From Acidimicrobiales bacterium (GTDB lineage: Bacteria > Actinomycetota > Acidimicrobiia > Acidimicrobiales > VFJN01), in assembly GCA_035697145.1 (NCBI GenBank), contig DASSDL010000141.1, forward strand, positions 13,281 through 77,280: DNA of 64,000 bases, given 5' to 3'. The notes under the pieces were generated by a model. It worked only from the letters and a program-made list of their open reading frames with translations, did not search any database and had not been told where the DNA came from. Shown piece by piece: positions 55,428-64,000 of the stretch. How positions within the stretch are numbered: position 1 is the stretch's first letter; each line of letters starts with the position of its first letter. The position numbers were made by a program, and so were the translations under genes.

Positions 55428-56213
55428 CTACGAACACCTCTGGTGACGGGTCAAGGCCGGACTTCCCGGAACGCGCACATCGAGCAGCCCGAGGCAGGCC
55501 ACGTCCACGTCGGCCAGGACGGTCTCGACGGCCACGATCTTGTCGTCGAGATCGTCGGTGCTGCCGAACCGGATCTCCCCGCGGTCGGCCAGGGCCGCGT
55601 CCAGGTCGGAGGAGACCGAGGTCACCACGCCGGACAGGCGTTCACCCAGCGCGCGCAGCACCGTCAGGGCGTCGCGGGCACCGCGCCCCAGCTCCTCGCC
55701 CTCGGCAATGCGCCCGCGGACGCCGGTTACTTCCGGGAGTCCGGGAGGTGGCTGGCGGGTTACCGCCAGGACCCGCCCGTCCTTGTCGACCAACGCGACT
55801 CGGCCCTCGACCACCTCGACCACCGCCAGGGGCTCGCGCTCGGTCACGTGGATCTCGATCGTCCCCGGCCAGCGGCGGGCCAGGGTCGCCTGCGCGACCC
55901 AGGGCAGGCCCTCGATCCGGGCCGCGGCCCGGCCCGCATCGACGCCGACCATGGTGTCGCCGCGCTCGATCCGGGCGACTCGGCGCACCTCGGCGGCATC
56001 GCTGTGGGTCACGCCGTCGACGCGCACGCGGTCGACGTCGAGGAGCGGCGTCTGGGTGGCGACCAGGGCCGCCACCAGGACGGCGATGACGGCGAGGGCC
56101 ACCGCGAACCGCTTGAGGCGGCGTCTGCCCTGGTCACGCTGCACGGCGATGCGCCGCGACCGCATGCGGGGATCGACGACGACCGGCGGAGTTGCGTCCG
56201 CGGCGCCCTTCAA
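55428..56213 (-). CDS. ftsQ: cell division protein FtsQ (POTRA domain)
   Basis: A basic N-terminus, one TM helix (FAVALAVIAVLVAALVA), then POTRA-like V..V.V.G......EV.......G.....VD......IE.LPWV..A.L.RRWP.T. The start is TTG 56213 (overlapping the murB stop) or ATG 56165. Confidence 0.85.
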   Translation of the reverse strand: MKGAADATPPVVVDPRMRSRRIAVQRDQGRRRLKRFAVALAVIAVLVAALVATQTPLLDVDRVRVDGVTHSDAAEVRRVARIERGDTMVGVDAGRAAARIEGLPWVAQATLARRWPGTIEIHVTEREPLAVVEVVEGRVALVDKDGRVLAVTRQPPPGLPEVTGVRGRIAEGEELGRGARDALTVLRALGERLSGVVTSVSSDLDAALADRGEIRFGSTDDLDDKIVAVETVLADVDVACLGLLDVRVPGSPALTRHQRCS

Positions 56214-57166
56214 CTCTCGACCTCTACTTGAGGTTCAACTTGAGGTTGAGGGTTGACGAAGCCCACCAAGCGGGTCTCGGGATGGAGCTCGACGCCGGAG
56301 TGGTCCCGCACCCGCCGGCGGACCACCTCCATGAGCGCGCGGACGTCGTCGGCCGACCCGCCGGCGTCGGCCTGGAAGAAGTTGGCGTGCTTGGGTGACA
56401 CCTCGGCCGACCCCAGGCGCAGCCCCTTGCAGCCGGCGGCATCGATCAGTCGGCCGGCCGAGTCGTCCGGCGGGTTGGCGAAGACCGACCCGGCGTTCTG
56501 GCCGCCGGGTTGGTTGGCGCGCCGCCAGGCCACGATCTCCGCGATCTCGCGCTCCCCCGCCGGCCGGTCCCCGGGCCGCAGCCCCAGCGTGGCCGTCACG
56601 ACCACGTGGTGGGGCGCGACCGCCGACCGGCGGTAGCCGAGCTCGAGTTGCGCCAGTGGCACGACCCTGTCGGACCCGGGCCGCGTCAGGTCGACGACAC
56701 GCGCCTCGGTCAACGACGCCGCCATGTCGGACCCGTGACCGCCTGCGTTCATGCGCACCGCACCGCCGATCGACCCCGGCACCCCTACCGCCCACTCGAA
56801 GCCCGTGAGCCCGGCGCGCACCGTGCGCCGGGCCGCCACCGGAAGGGCCACCGCGCCACCCGCCTCCACCCGGGTGCCGTCGACGGCGATCTCGGCGAAG
56901 GCGGGACCGAGCGCCACGGCCACGCCCGGGAAGCCCGCGTCCGCTACCAAGAGGTTCGAGCCCTTGCCCACCACGAGCGTCGCCAGCCCGGTGGCGGCGA
57001 CCGCGTCGGCCACCCGCCACAGGTCGCCGACGAACGACGCCTCGACGAAGAGGGCTGCCGAACCGCCCACGCGGTAGGTGGTGAGCGGCCCCAGCGGCAC
57101 GTCCCGCCGCGCCAAGCCTTGGAGCAGTTCCGCGGCCTCCAGCACCGCCTCGTCGGGATGGGTCAC
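56210..57166 (-). CDS. murB: UDP-N-acetylenolpyruvoylglucosamine reductase
   Basis: FAD-binding PCMH domain (TTYRVGG.A....E, VVGKGSNLLV) and the C-terminal GSVF.NP, AG.LID..G.KG...G.A.VS.KHANF. Confidence 0.92.
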   Translation of the reverse strand: MTHPDEAVLEAAELLQGLARRDVPLGPLTTYRVGGSAALFVEASFVGDLWRVADAVAATGLATLVVGKGSNLLVADAGFPGVAVALGPAFAEIAVDGTRVEAGGAVALPVAARRTVRAGLTGFEWAVGVPGSIGGAVRMNAGGHGSDMAASLTEARVVDLTRPGSDRVVPLAQLELGYRRSAVAPHHVVVTATLGLRPGDRPAGEREIAEIVAWRRANQPGGQNAGSVFANPPDDSAGRLIDAAGCKGLRLGSAEVSPKHANFFQADAGGSADDVRALMEVVRRRVRDHSGVELHPETRLVGFVNPQPQVEPQVEVES

Positions 57167-57224
57167 GAGAGCACCACGACTCGGCCGCAGGCCGAGGCCA
57201 TTTCATGCCTCCGGCGGAGAACCA

Positions 57225-58655
57225 TCACCGGCGGTCCTCGAGCATCGCCAGGATGCGGGGGGCGAGCGTCGTCAGGTCGCCCGCCCCCAACGTCAGGCAC
57301 AGGTCGCCCGGCCGGAGGACACCCCGCAGCCAGGTCAGCACGTCGTCGAGCCGGGGCAGCCAGGCGACCAGGGCCCAGGGGTCGGCCTCCAACACGGCGT
57401 CGACGACGAGCTTGCCCGAGACGCCGGGCCGCGGCGTCTCGCCGGCGGCGTAGACGTCGGTGACGGCCAGCAGGTCGGCGGCTCGGAAGGCGTGCGCGAA
57501 GTCCCGCCACAGTGCCTCGGTGCGGCTGTAGCGGTGGGGCTGGAACACGGCCACGACCCGCCGCCAGCCGCCGGTCGATGCCGCGGCCAGCGCGGCGGCC
57601 ACCTCGGTGGGCAGGTGGGCGTAGTCGTCGACCACGGTCACGCCCTTCGCATCGCCGCGGCGCTCGAAGCGCCGGGCCACGCCCTGGAACCCTGCCAGCG
57701 CCGCCGATCCCTCGGTCAGGGGCACCCCGAGGCGGTGGGCCGTGGCCAGCGCCCCGGCGGCGTTGGCGGCGTTGTGCGCCCCGGGAGCCGCCGGCACGAC
57801 GACGTCGACGCGGTCACCGGTGGCGGCGTGGTCGAGTGCGAAGCGGACGCCGGACCCCTCGGGCGCGACCCCACCCAACCGGTAGTCGGCGTCGGCGGAG
57901 GTGCCGTACGTGACCGGTTCCTTGGCGTGGTGCACCAGCGCCGCCGCGCCCGGGTCGTCGATGCAGAGCACGGCAGGACCGTCGAGCCCCGCCACGAACC
58001 GCTCGAAACCGTGTCGGAGGGCCTGCTCGCCACCCCAGTTCTCGAGGTGGTCGGGCTCGACGTTGCTCACGATGCCGGCGTGGGCCCCGAGGGCGAGGAA
58101 TGTGCCGTCGCTCTCGTCGGCCTCGACCACCAGCGGGCCCCCGCCGCCCCAGGCCGCGCTCCGTCCGAACTGTGGGATCGTCGCCCCCACCACGTAGCCC
58201 GGCTCTCGGCCCGAACCGACGAGGATCGTGGTCAGCAGGGCCGAGGTCGTGGTCTTGCCGTGCGTGCCGGCCACCGCGACCGTGGTCCGCTGGGCGCAGA
58301 TGGCCCCGAGGGCGGCGGAGCGGTGCAGCACGGGGACGCCGCGGGCGCGGGCGGCGACGACGTCAGCGTCGTCGGCCGGAGTGGCGGTGGACACGATGAC
58401 CGCCTCGACGTCTTCGCCCAGCGCCGGCGGCTGCGGACCGGTGGACAGGTTGACACCCCGCTCCAGCAGCATGGGCAGGAACGGCGTCGCGGGCGCCGGA
58501 TCGTGCCCGCTCACCCGGTGTCCCATCTCCACCAGCAGCGTGGCGACGGCGCTCATCCCGGCGCCGCCGACGTTGCAGACGTGGAGGCGCCGCGGCCGGC
58601 TGAGGTCGAGCTCGGAGCGGTCCGGCGAGCCCGGCGTCGGCGGTTGCTCAGCCAC
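57225..58655 (-). CDS. murC: UDP-N-acetylmuramate--L-alanine ligase
   Basis: GTG 58655 (VAEQPP..). GGAGMSAVA, the P-loop GTHGKTTTSALL, VVEADESDG, DDYAHLPTE. Confidence 0.93.
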   Translation of the reverse strand: MAEQPPTPGSPDRSELDLSRPRRLHVCNVGGAGMSAVATLLVEMGHRVSGHDPAPATPFLPMLLERGVNLSTGPQPPALGEDVEAVIVSTATPADDADVVAARARGVPVLHRSAALGAICAQRTTVAVAGTHGKTTTSALLTTILVGSGREPGYVVGATIPQFGRSAAWGGGGPLVVEADESDGTFLALGAHAGIVSNVEPDHLENWGGEQALRHGFERFVAGLDGPAVLCIDDPGAAALVHHAKEPVTYGTSADADYRLGGVAPEGSGVRFALDHAATGDRVDVVVPAAPGAHNAANAAGALATAHRLGVPLTEGSAALAGFQGVARRFERRGDAKGVTVVDDYAHLPTEVAAALAAASTGGWRRVVAVFQPHRYSRTEALWRDFAHAFRAADLLAVTDVYAAGETPRPGVSGKLVVDAVLEADPWALVAWLPRLDDVLTWLRGVLRPGDLCLTLGAGDLTTLAPRILAMLEDRR

Positions 58656-59781
58656 GGGCGTGCTCCTCCACCAACGCGGCGATGGCATCGGCGGCGTCGG
58701 GGCGCGCCGCCGCCCGTCCCGCCGACGCCATCTGCTCCAGGCGGCGCGGATCGGCCAGCAGGGCGTCCACCTCGGCCACCAGGCGCTCGCCATCGAGCTC
58801 GGCGTCGGGCACCACCACCGCCGCGCCCGCTCGTTCGATGTGACGGGCGTTGGCGGCCTGATGGTCCGCCGTAACGAACGGCGACGGCACCAGCACCGCG
58901 GGCAGGCCCACGGCCAGCAGCTCGAAGCTGGTGCTCGCCCCCGAGCGGCAGACCGCGATGTCGGCCGCCGCCAGCGAGGTCGGCATGTCGTAGTCGTACT
59001 CGACGGCCTCGTACCGAAGGGGGCCGTCGCCGGGGACGGGCGGGCCGCTGGCAGTGATCTCGGCCCAGTCACGCGACCCGACCACGTGGCGGAGGTGCAG
59101 GTCGCCACGCTCCGCCCAGCGCCTCGCGGCGTCGACTGCGGCCCGGTTGATCCGCAACGCTCCCAGCGATCCCCCGAAGACCAGCACCATCCGCCGCCCG
59201 GGCTCGACGTCGAGCTTGGTCCGGGCTGAGGCCGCGTCGCGCACCCGGTCGATGGCCAGCACCTCGGGGCGCACGGGATTGCCGGTCACCACCGCCCGGG
59301 GCAGGGGGGTGCCCTCGAACGACACCGCACACGCCCTGGCGAACCGGCCCACCAGTCGGTTGGCCGCACCCGGGGCCGCGTTCTGCTCCGCGACCACGAT
59401 CGGTACGCGCCGCAGGACGGCGGCCAGCGCGCACGGCACGCTGGCGTAACCGCCGACCGACAGGACCACGCGGGGCTTGCGGCGGCCCACCAGCCGCCAG
59501 GCCCGGCCGAACGCCACCAGCAGCGAGAACGCGGAGCGCACGTTGCGCAGGCTGAGCCGGCGCTCGAGACCGCGGCCAGGGAGCGTGGTCAGCTCGAAAC
59601 CCGCCGCCGGCACCAGCCGGGTCTCGATGCCGCGCTCACTGCCCACGAGCTCGATCGAGCCGACCGGGTGTCCGCGGTCGGCGAGCGCCCGGGCGACGGC
59701 GATGGCGGGCTGTACGTGGCCGGCGGTGCCGCCCCCGGCGATGAGCGAGAAGCACCCCTGGGCGTGGCGACCGCGTCGCAT
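58648..59781 (-). CDS. murG: undecaprenyldiphospho-muramoylpentapeptide beta-N-acetylglucosaminyltransferase
   Basis: ATG 59781 (MRRGRHAQGCFSLIAGGGTAGHVQPAIAVA). GGYASVP, FGGSLGA, and ADIAVCRSGASTSFEL. Confidence 0.93.
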   Translation of the reverse strand: MRRGRHAQGCFSLIAGGGTAGHVQPAIAVARALADRGHPVGSIELVGSERGIETRLVPAAGFELTTLPGRGLERRLSLRNVRSAFSLLVAFGRAWRLVGRRKPRVVLSVGGYASVPCALAAVLRRVPIVVAEQNAAPGAANRLVGRFARACAVSFEGTPLPRAVVTGNPVRPEVLAIDRVRDAASARTKLDVEPGRRMVLVFGGSLGALRINRAAVDAARRWAERGDLHLRHVVGSRDWAEITASGPPVPGDGPLRYEAVEYDYDMPTSLAAADIAVCRSGASTSFELLAVGLPAVLVPSPFVTADHQAANARHIERAGAAVVVPDAELDGERLVAEVDALLADPRRLEQMASAGRAAARPDAADAIAALVEEHARG

Positions 59782-60998
59782 CAGCCGCGACCCGACGCCG
59801 GGGCGCGCGGGGGCAGGCTCGTGGCCCGCGCCTGGCGCGCGACCGAGAGGAGCAGACCGCCGGCAGCCATCGTGAACAGGAGCGACGAGCCACCGGCACT
59901 CACGAACGGGAGCGGGACCCCGGTGATGGGGAGGATGCCGATCACGGCACCGATGTTGACGAACGCCTGCACGCCGAACCAAGCCGTCACACCGACCGCC
60001 AGCAGCAGGCCGAAGCGATCGGGCGCGTGCAAGGCCACCCGGATGCCGATGATCACCAGCAGGACGAACAAGCCGACGACCACCGCGGCGCCGACCAGGC
60101 CCAGCTCCTCGCCGATGATGGCGAAGATGAAGTCGGTGTGGGCGTAGGGCAGGAACCCCCACTTGGCCCGGCTGGCCCCCAGCCCGCGACCGAAGAACCC
60201 TCCCGACGCCACACCCACCAGTGCCTGGATGTTCTGGTAGCCCTTGTCCATCGGATCGGCCCACGGGTCGAGGAACGTGAGGACCCGGCTCCGGCGGTAG
60301 GGCGCGGCGAGGGCGAGCGTGGTGGCGGCGCCTATACCCAGCGTGGCCCACGCCGCCAGGGGGCCCAGCGGCGCCCCGGCCACGAAGCAAAGCGTCAGCG
60401 CGATCGCGGCCAGCACGATGGTGGTGCCCAGGTTCGGCTGCAGCATGAGCAAGGTCGCCATGACGGCCAGCACGACCACGACCGGCCGAAGCGTGGCCCG
60501 AGAGTTGTGCATGAAGGCCGCCCGGCGCGCCAAGAGGTCGGCCACCCACACGAGCAGGGCGAACTTGGCGAGCTCGGCGGGCTGGAAGGTGAGGGAGCCG
60601 ACGCCGATCCAACGGGTGGCGCCGTTGGCGCTGACCCCGATGCCGGGAATCAACACGACGAACAGGAGGCCGAGCGCCCCCAGCAGCAGCGGCGTGGCGA
60701 GCCGCCGCCAGCGGTGGTAGTCGATGCGGGCCACCAGCACCAGGGCGAGGGCCCCGACGCCCGCCCAAGCGGCCTGCCGGGTCACGAAGTACCACGACGA
60801 CCCGTACTCGTCGAGGGCGATGACCGACGACGCCGACATCACCATGACGAGGCCCAGCAAGTTGAACACCGCGATGAGGAACGCCAGGGCCAGGAACATC
60901 GCCGAGCCGGTGGCGCTGACCCGCGGTGGCCGGGCCGTGGGATGGCGCCGCCGCGCGCCAGGCGAACCCCGCCCCCCCTCGCGGACCGCAGTGCTCAC
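59781..60998 (-). CDS. ftsW: SEDS-family peptidoglycan polymerase/lipid II flippase FtsW
   Basis: A 10-TM SEDS protein: QPAELAKF, LQPNLGT, HTDFIFAIIGEELG, PLPFVSAGGSS. Its GTG start overlaps the murD stop. Confidence 0.92.
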   Translation of the reverse strand: MSTAVREGGRGSPGARRRHPTARPPRVSATGSAMFLALAFLIAVFNLLGLVMVMSASSVIALDEYGSSWYFVTRQAAWAGVGALALVLVARIDYHRWRRLATPLLLGALGLLFVVLIPGIGVSANGATRWIGVGSLTFQPAELAKFALLVWVADLLARRAAFMHNSRATLRPVVVVLAVMATLLMLQPNLGTTIVLAAIALTLCFVAGAPLGPLAAWATLGIGAATTLALAAPYRRSRVLTFLDPWADPMDKGYQNIQALVGVASGGFFGRGLGASRAKWGFLPYAHTDFIFAIIGEELGLVGAAVVVGLFVLLVIIGIRVALHAPDRFGLLLAVGVTAWFGVQAFVNIGAVIGILPITGVPLPFVSAGGSSLLFTMAAGGLLLSVARQARATSLPPRAPASGRG

Positions 60999-62398
60999 GC
61001 CGGTCCCCGCCGCGGGACCTCGGAGCCCCCGGCGACCTCTCGCACGGCGCGGGCGAAGTCGTCACCCCGCTCCCCGTACGAGCCGTACCAGTCGAAGCTG
61101 GCGCAACCGGGCGACAGCAGCACGGCGTCGCCGGGCTTGGCCAGATCGGCGGCGGCCCGCACCGCCTCCTGCATCGAGCCGGCGCGAGTCACAGGGCGAA
61201 CGCCGTCGAAGGCCGCCGTCACCTCGGGCGCCGCCTCACCGATCGCCACCACCGCCCGGATCGACCCGGCCGACTCGGCCAGCATCCGGAGGTCGAGGCC
61301 CTTGGTGCGACCGCCGGCGATCAGCACGACCGACTCGAAGCCGGCGATGGCGGTCGCGGCCGCGTGCGGCGTCGTCGCCTTCGAGTCGTCGTAGAACCGC
61401 ACCCCTCCAGCCTCGCCCACCAGCGCCACGCGGTGGGGGAGGCCCCGGAACTCCAGCAGTCCCCGGCGGACGCCGTCGACGCTGGCGCCGCCGGCCAGCG
61501 CCGTCGCCGCCGCCGCCAGCCCGTTGGCGATGTCGTGCGGCAACGACCGGCCGAGGTCCTCGACCCGGGCGATCTCGACATCGTCGCCGTGGCCAGCCGC
61601 GGGACCGGCGAGCCTTCCGCCCGTCCGCGCACCCCCGACGAGCCGGAAGTCGGCGTTGCCGGCCAGCCCGAATGTCACGTGCCGCGCCCGGGCGCCGGCC
61701 AGATGCCTGGCCACCACCGGGTCGTCGGCGTTGCCCACCGCGACCTGTTCCGCCGACTGGTCGCGCCAGATGCCCGCCTTGGCGGCCTCGTACGACGCCA
61801 GGTCCGGGTGGCTGTCGAGGTGGTCGGGAGCGAAGTTGAGCCACGTCCCCACCGTGGGGGCGAACCGCTGCGAGTGCTCGAGACGAAACGACGACGCCTC
61901 GACCACGAACACATCGGTGGCCGGATCGTCGATTGCCGCGACCAGCGGCACGGGCGTGTTGCCGACCGCAACCGCCGCCATCCCAGACGCAACCAGCATG
62001 TCGCGCACCAGCGTCGTCACCGTGGTCTTGCCGTCGGTGCCCGTGATGGCGAGCAGCGGCCGGTCGTCCCACCACGAGGCGAGGTCGAACTCGGAAAGCA
62101 CCGGCACGCCGGCAGCGCCTGCCAGCGTGAACACGGGATGGCGCGCCGGCAACCCCGGGGCCGGCAGAACGGCCTCGGCGGCCGCCACCAGAGCCGCCAG
62201 TTCGTCGGCTGCCGGGGCCTGGGCCAGGTCCAGCCCCAGGTCCTCCGCCGCCGCTCGGGCCACCGCCCCGGGGGCGTCGTCGGCGGCCACCACGTCGTGG
62301 CCGTGTGCCAGCAGCGCCCGGGCGACCGCCGCGCCGGTAACACCGAGCCCGACCACCAACGCCCTCACCGGAAGCCCCCGTAGCCAAGAACGCTCCAT
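60995..62398 (-). CDS. murD: UDP-N-acetylmuramoylalanine--D-glutamate ligase
   Basis: ATG 62398 (MERSWLRGLPVRALVVGLGVTG). GTDGKTT P-loop, VVEASSF, DDSKATTPHA. Confidence 0.92.
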   Translation of the reverse strand: MERSWLRGLPVRALVVGLGVTGAAVARALLAHGHDVVAADDAPGAVARAAAEDLGLDLAQAPAADELAALVAAAEAVLPAPGLPARHPVFTLAGAAGVPVLSEFDLASWWDDRPLLAITGTDGKTTVTTLVRDMLVASGMAAVAVGNTPVPLVAAIDDPATDVFVVEASSFRLEHSQRFAPTVGTWLNFAPDHLDSHPDLASYEAAKAGIWRDQSAEQVAVGNADDPVVARHLAGARARHVTFGLAGNADFRLVGGARTGGRLAGPAAGHGDDVEIARVEDLGRSLPHDIANGLAAAATALAGGASVDGVRRGLLEFRGLPHRVALVGEAGGVRFYDDSKATTPHAAATAIAGFESVVLIAGGRTKGLDLRMLAESAGSIRAVVAIGEAAPEVTAAFDGVRPVTRAGSMQEAVRAAADLAKPGDAVLLSPGCASFDWYGSYGERGDDFARAVREVAGGSEVPRRGPA

Positions 62399-62432
62399 GC
62401 TGACGACGTTCGGTGTGCGCGCCGGCGGGGGG

Positions 62433-62566
62433 TGTGGGGGGCAGAGCCTCCTGGCGGAGCCCCCCACAGTCGCTCGAGCCGGCTTCGCCGGTCGAGCGAC
62501 CGGGAATCGACGCCGCCGGCGGGCGGCGGCCCAACCCTCGTTTCGCAACCTCTGGTTGCGGAACGA
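62433..62566 (-). other. three consecutive stable hairpins in the mraY-murD spacer
   Basis: H1 spans 62433-62468: TGTGGGGGG pairs with CCCCCCACA and there is an inner CTCC/GGAG stem. H2 spans 62470-62499: a 13-bp stem with one bulge and a 3-nt loop (TCGCTCGAGCCGGC-TTC-GCCGGTCGAGCGA). H3 spans 62538-62566: a 13-bp stem with a 3-nt loop (TCGTTTCGCAACC-TCT-GGTTGCGGAACGA). Confidence 0.6.
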
Positions 62567-62573
62567 AGCACCA

Positions 62574-63608
62574 TCAGTCCGGGACTCCGATGGAGACGAA
62601 GTCGGCGTAGAAGATGCCCAGGGCCACGGCCATGGACATGATGGCCAGGATCCAGAACCGCACGATCACGGTGGTCTCGGGCCACCCGCCGAGCTCGAAG
62701 TGGTGGTGCACCGGCGCCATGCGCAGGACCCGGCGCCCGAAGACGCGGAAGCTGCCGACCTGCACGATCACCGACAGCGTCTCGAACACGAACAGCGCCC
62801 CCACGATCGGCAACAGCAGCTGCACGTTGAGCGTGAGGGCTAGCACCGCCAGGCCGGCGCCGATGGCGAGCGCCCCCGTGTCCCCCATGAACACCTGTGC
62901 CGGCGGCGCGTTCCACCACAGGAACCCGGTGATGCCGCCCACCATGGCGGCGGCGACGACCGCCAGGTCGAGGGCGTGGTTGATGCCGTAGACCTCCGGG
63001 TGTCGGAAGGCCCAGAACGCCACGACCGTCATGGTGAGGAAGGCGTAGATGGACGAGCCGGCGGCGAGGCCATCGAGCCCGTCGGTGAGGTTGACTGCGT
63101 TCGTCGTGCCGAGGATCAGCAGCACGGCCAGCACGATCCAGCCGCCCTCGCCCAACGACCAGCCGGGCTCCGAGGCGCGGGTGAAGCTGAGCGTGGTCTC
63201 CACGTCGGTCCACCTCACACAAGCGACCGCGAACCCGACCGCCACTACGAGGAGGCCGCCCATCTTGGCCCGCATCGACAGGCCCAAGTTGCGCTCGTTG
63301 CTGACCTTGATCCAGTCGTCGATCGCCCCGACCACGGCAGCCCCGGCAATGGCCAGCATGACCAACACCCCGCTGCGGGTGAAGGCCAGCCCCCCGCGGA
63401 TGTGGGCGATCGCGTAGCCGAGCACGGCGGCGACGACGATGGCGACGCCCCCCATCGTCGGCGTGCCCGCCTTGGGCGTGTGGCCGTCGGGCACGTCGGC
63501 GTGGATGGGCTGGCCCACCTGGTGGGCGCGCAGCCAGTCGATCAGATAGCGGGTCCCCAAGAGTGACAACGCGAGGCTGATGCCCCCCGCGAGCAGGAGT
63601 GAGATCAC
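62574..63608 (-). CDS. mraY: phospho-N-acetylmuramoyl-pentapeptide transferase
   Basis: 344-aa polytopic protein: PTMGG, NAVNLTDGLDGLA, FMGDTGALA.G, HHHFEL.GW.E. Confidence 0.95.
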   Translation of the reverse strand: MISLLLAGGISLALSLLGTRYLIDWLRAHQVGQPIHADVPDGHTPKAGTPTMGGVAIVVAAVLGYAIAHIRGGLAFTRSGVLVMLAIAGAAVVGAIDDWIKVSNERNLGLSMRAKMGGLLVVAVGFAVACVRWTDVETTLSFTRASEPGWSLGEGGWIVLAVLLILGTTNAVNLTDGLDGLAAGSSIYAFLTMTVVAFWAFRHPEVYGINHALDLAVVAAAMVGGITGFLWWNAPPAQVFMGDTGALAIGAGLAVLALTLNVQLLLPIVGALFVFETLSVIVQVGSFRVFGRRVLRMAPVHHHFELGGWPETTVIVRFWILAIMSMAVALGIFYADFVSIGVPD

Positions 63609-64000
63609 CGCTGACCGCCGGGGGCTCCCGGTGCCAGCGCCGCCAGGGCAGCGCGCGCCACCTCACGATCGTCGAACGGGCGGACGGTGTCGCCGATGGT
63701 CTGCGTGGTCTCGTGGCCCTTGCCGGCGATCACCACCACGTCGCCGGGCCTTGACTCGGCCACGGCCCGCTCGATGGCGCGGCGGCGATCGGGCTCCACG
63801 GCGACCCTGGCGCCCGTGCCCTCCGGGATCCCGCCCCGGATGTCGTCGATGATCGCCTGCAGGTTCTCCGAGCGGGGGTTGTCCGAGGTCAGGATCACAT
63901 CGTCCGCCAGCCGGGTCGCCACCTCACCCATGAGCGGTCGCTTGGCCACGTCGCGGTCGCCGCCGCAGCCGAACACGACCAGCAGTCGTTGGCCGGGGGT
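63605..64000 (-). CDS. murE: UDP-N-acetylmuramoyl-L-alanyl-D-glutamate--2,6-diaminopimelate ligase, C-terminal part (gene continues beyond the right edge)
   Basis: The frame stays open to 64000 (..RLLVVFGCGGDRD.AKRPLMG....LADDVILTSDNPRSE......IAGKGHE..Q). These are MurE, not MurF, C-terminal signatures. The stop overlaps the mraY start. Confidence 0.85.
   Translation of the reverse strand, partial: TPGQRLLVVFGCGGDRDVAKRPLMGEVATRLADDVILTSDNPRSENLQAIIDDIRGGIPEGTGARVAVEPDRRRAIERAVAESRPGDVVVIAGKGHETTQTIGDTVRPFDDREVARAALAALAPGAPGGQR

Noticed and set aside
52675-55437. 920-aa track ORF apparently fusing yggS with upstream sequence. Similar N-terminal extensions occur in 13816-15339 (hisB), 24213-26867 (menF), 27017-29206 (menD), 30101-31606 (menE), 32407-34944, 8059-10197 and 36034-37140.
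   Set aside because: Only the C-terminal parts have family motifs. The extensions overlap well-supported neighbouring genes in other frames and are Arg/Pro-rich. Internal ATG or GTG starts that abut or overlap the preceding gene's stop were chosen instead.

Overview
Very GC-rich (about 70% by eye, not computed) chromosomal segment. The gene content points to Actinomycetota: mycothiol synthase MshD, proteasome activator Bpa, SepF/DivIVA, and hisI abutting trpE. I support 64 protein-coding genes, almost all core housekeeping. Left to right they are: a partial ygfZ-like gene, trpE-hisI, three secreted hypothetical proteins, a stand-alone GroES paralog, a DUF2087 regulator and hisF-hisA-hisH. A ~5 kb block then follows (PGM-like phosphatase, Asp-box propeller, two secreted paralogs, an OmpR/histidine-kinase pair), after which come hisB-hisC-hisD, nth, capA-like, mshD, a VIT1 transporter, rlmN and an M50 protease. 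Next is a menaquinone cluster (menG, menF, menD, menH, menA, menE plus an SDR and a PaaI thioesterase), then redox enzymes, dnaE, a proline/Trp-repeat membrane protein, bpa and an Rrf2 regulator. The window ends with rluD-lspA-dksA-like, ileS, and the division/cell-wall cluster divIVA-yggT-sepF-yggS-pgeF-ftsZ-ftsQ-murB-murC-murG-ftsW-murD-mraY-murE(partial). I found no rRNA, tRNA, CRISPR array, transposase or phage gene. The window is therefore mostly ordinary, and I see no convincing multi-gene novel system. The items most worth a second look are listed here.
- A GroES-fold paralog whose extra C-terminal tail ends GLYL, reminiscent of the GQYL proteasome-docking motif. The Bpa homolog in the same window ends GTYL.
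- A ~126-nt element with terminal inverted repeats, present twice just after stop codons (after menF and after ileS).
- A 21-nt quasi-palindrome shared by the upstream regions of two regulator genes.
- An unusually long, three-hairpin spacer between mraY and murD, and murE abutting mraY with no murF between them.
- A pair of secreted paralogs with acidic Gly/Asp/His repeat tails next to the two-component system.
All functional ideas beyond family assignment are inference from sequence reading only. No searches or computations were run.
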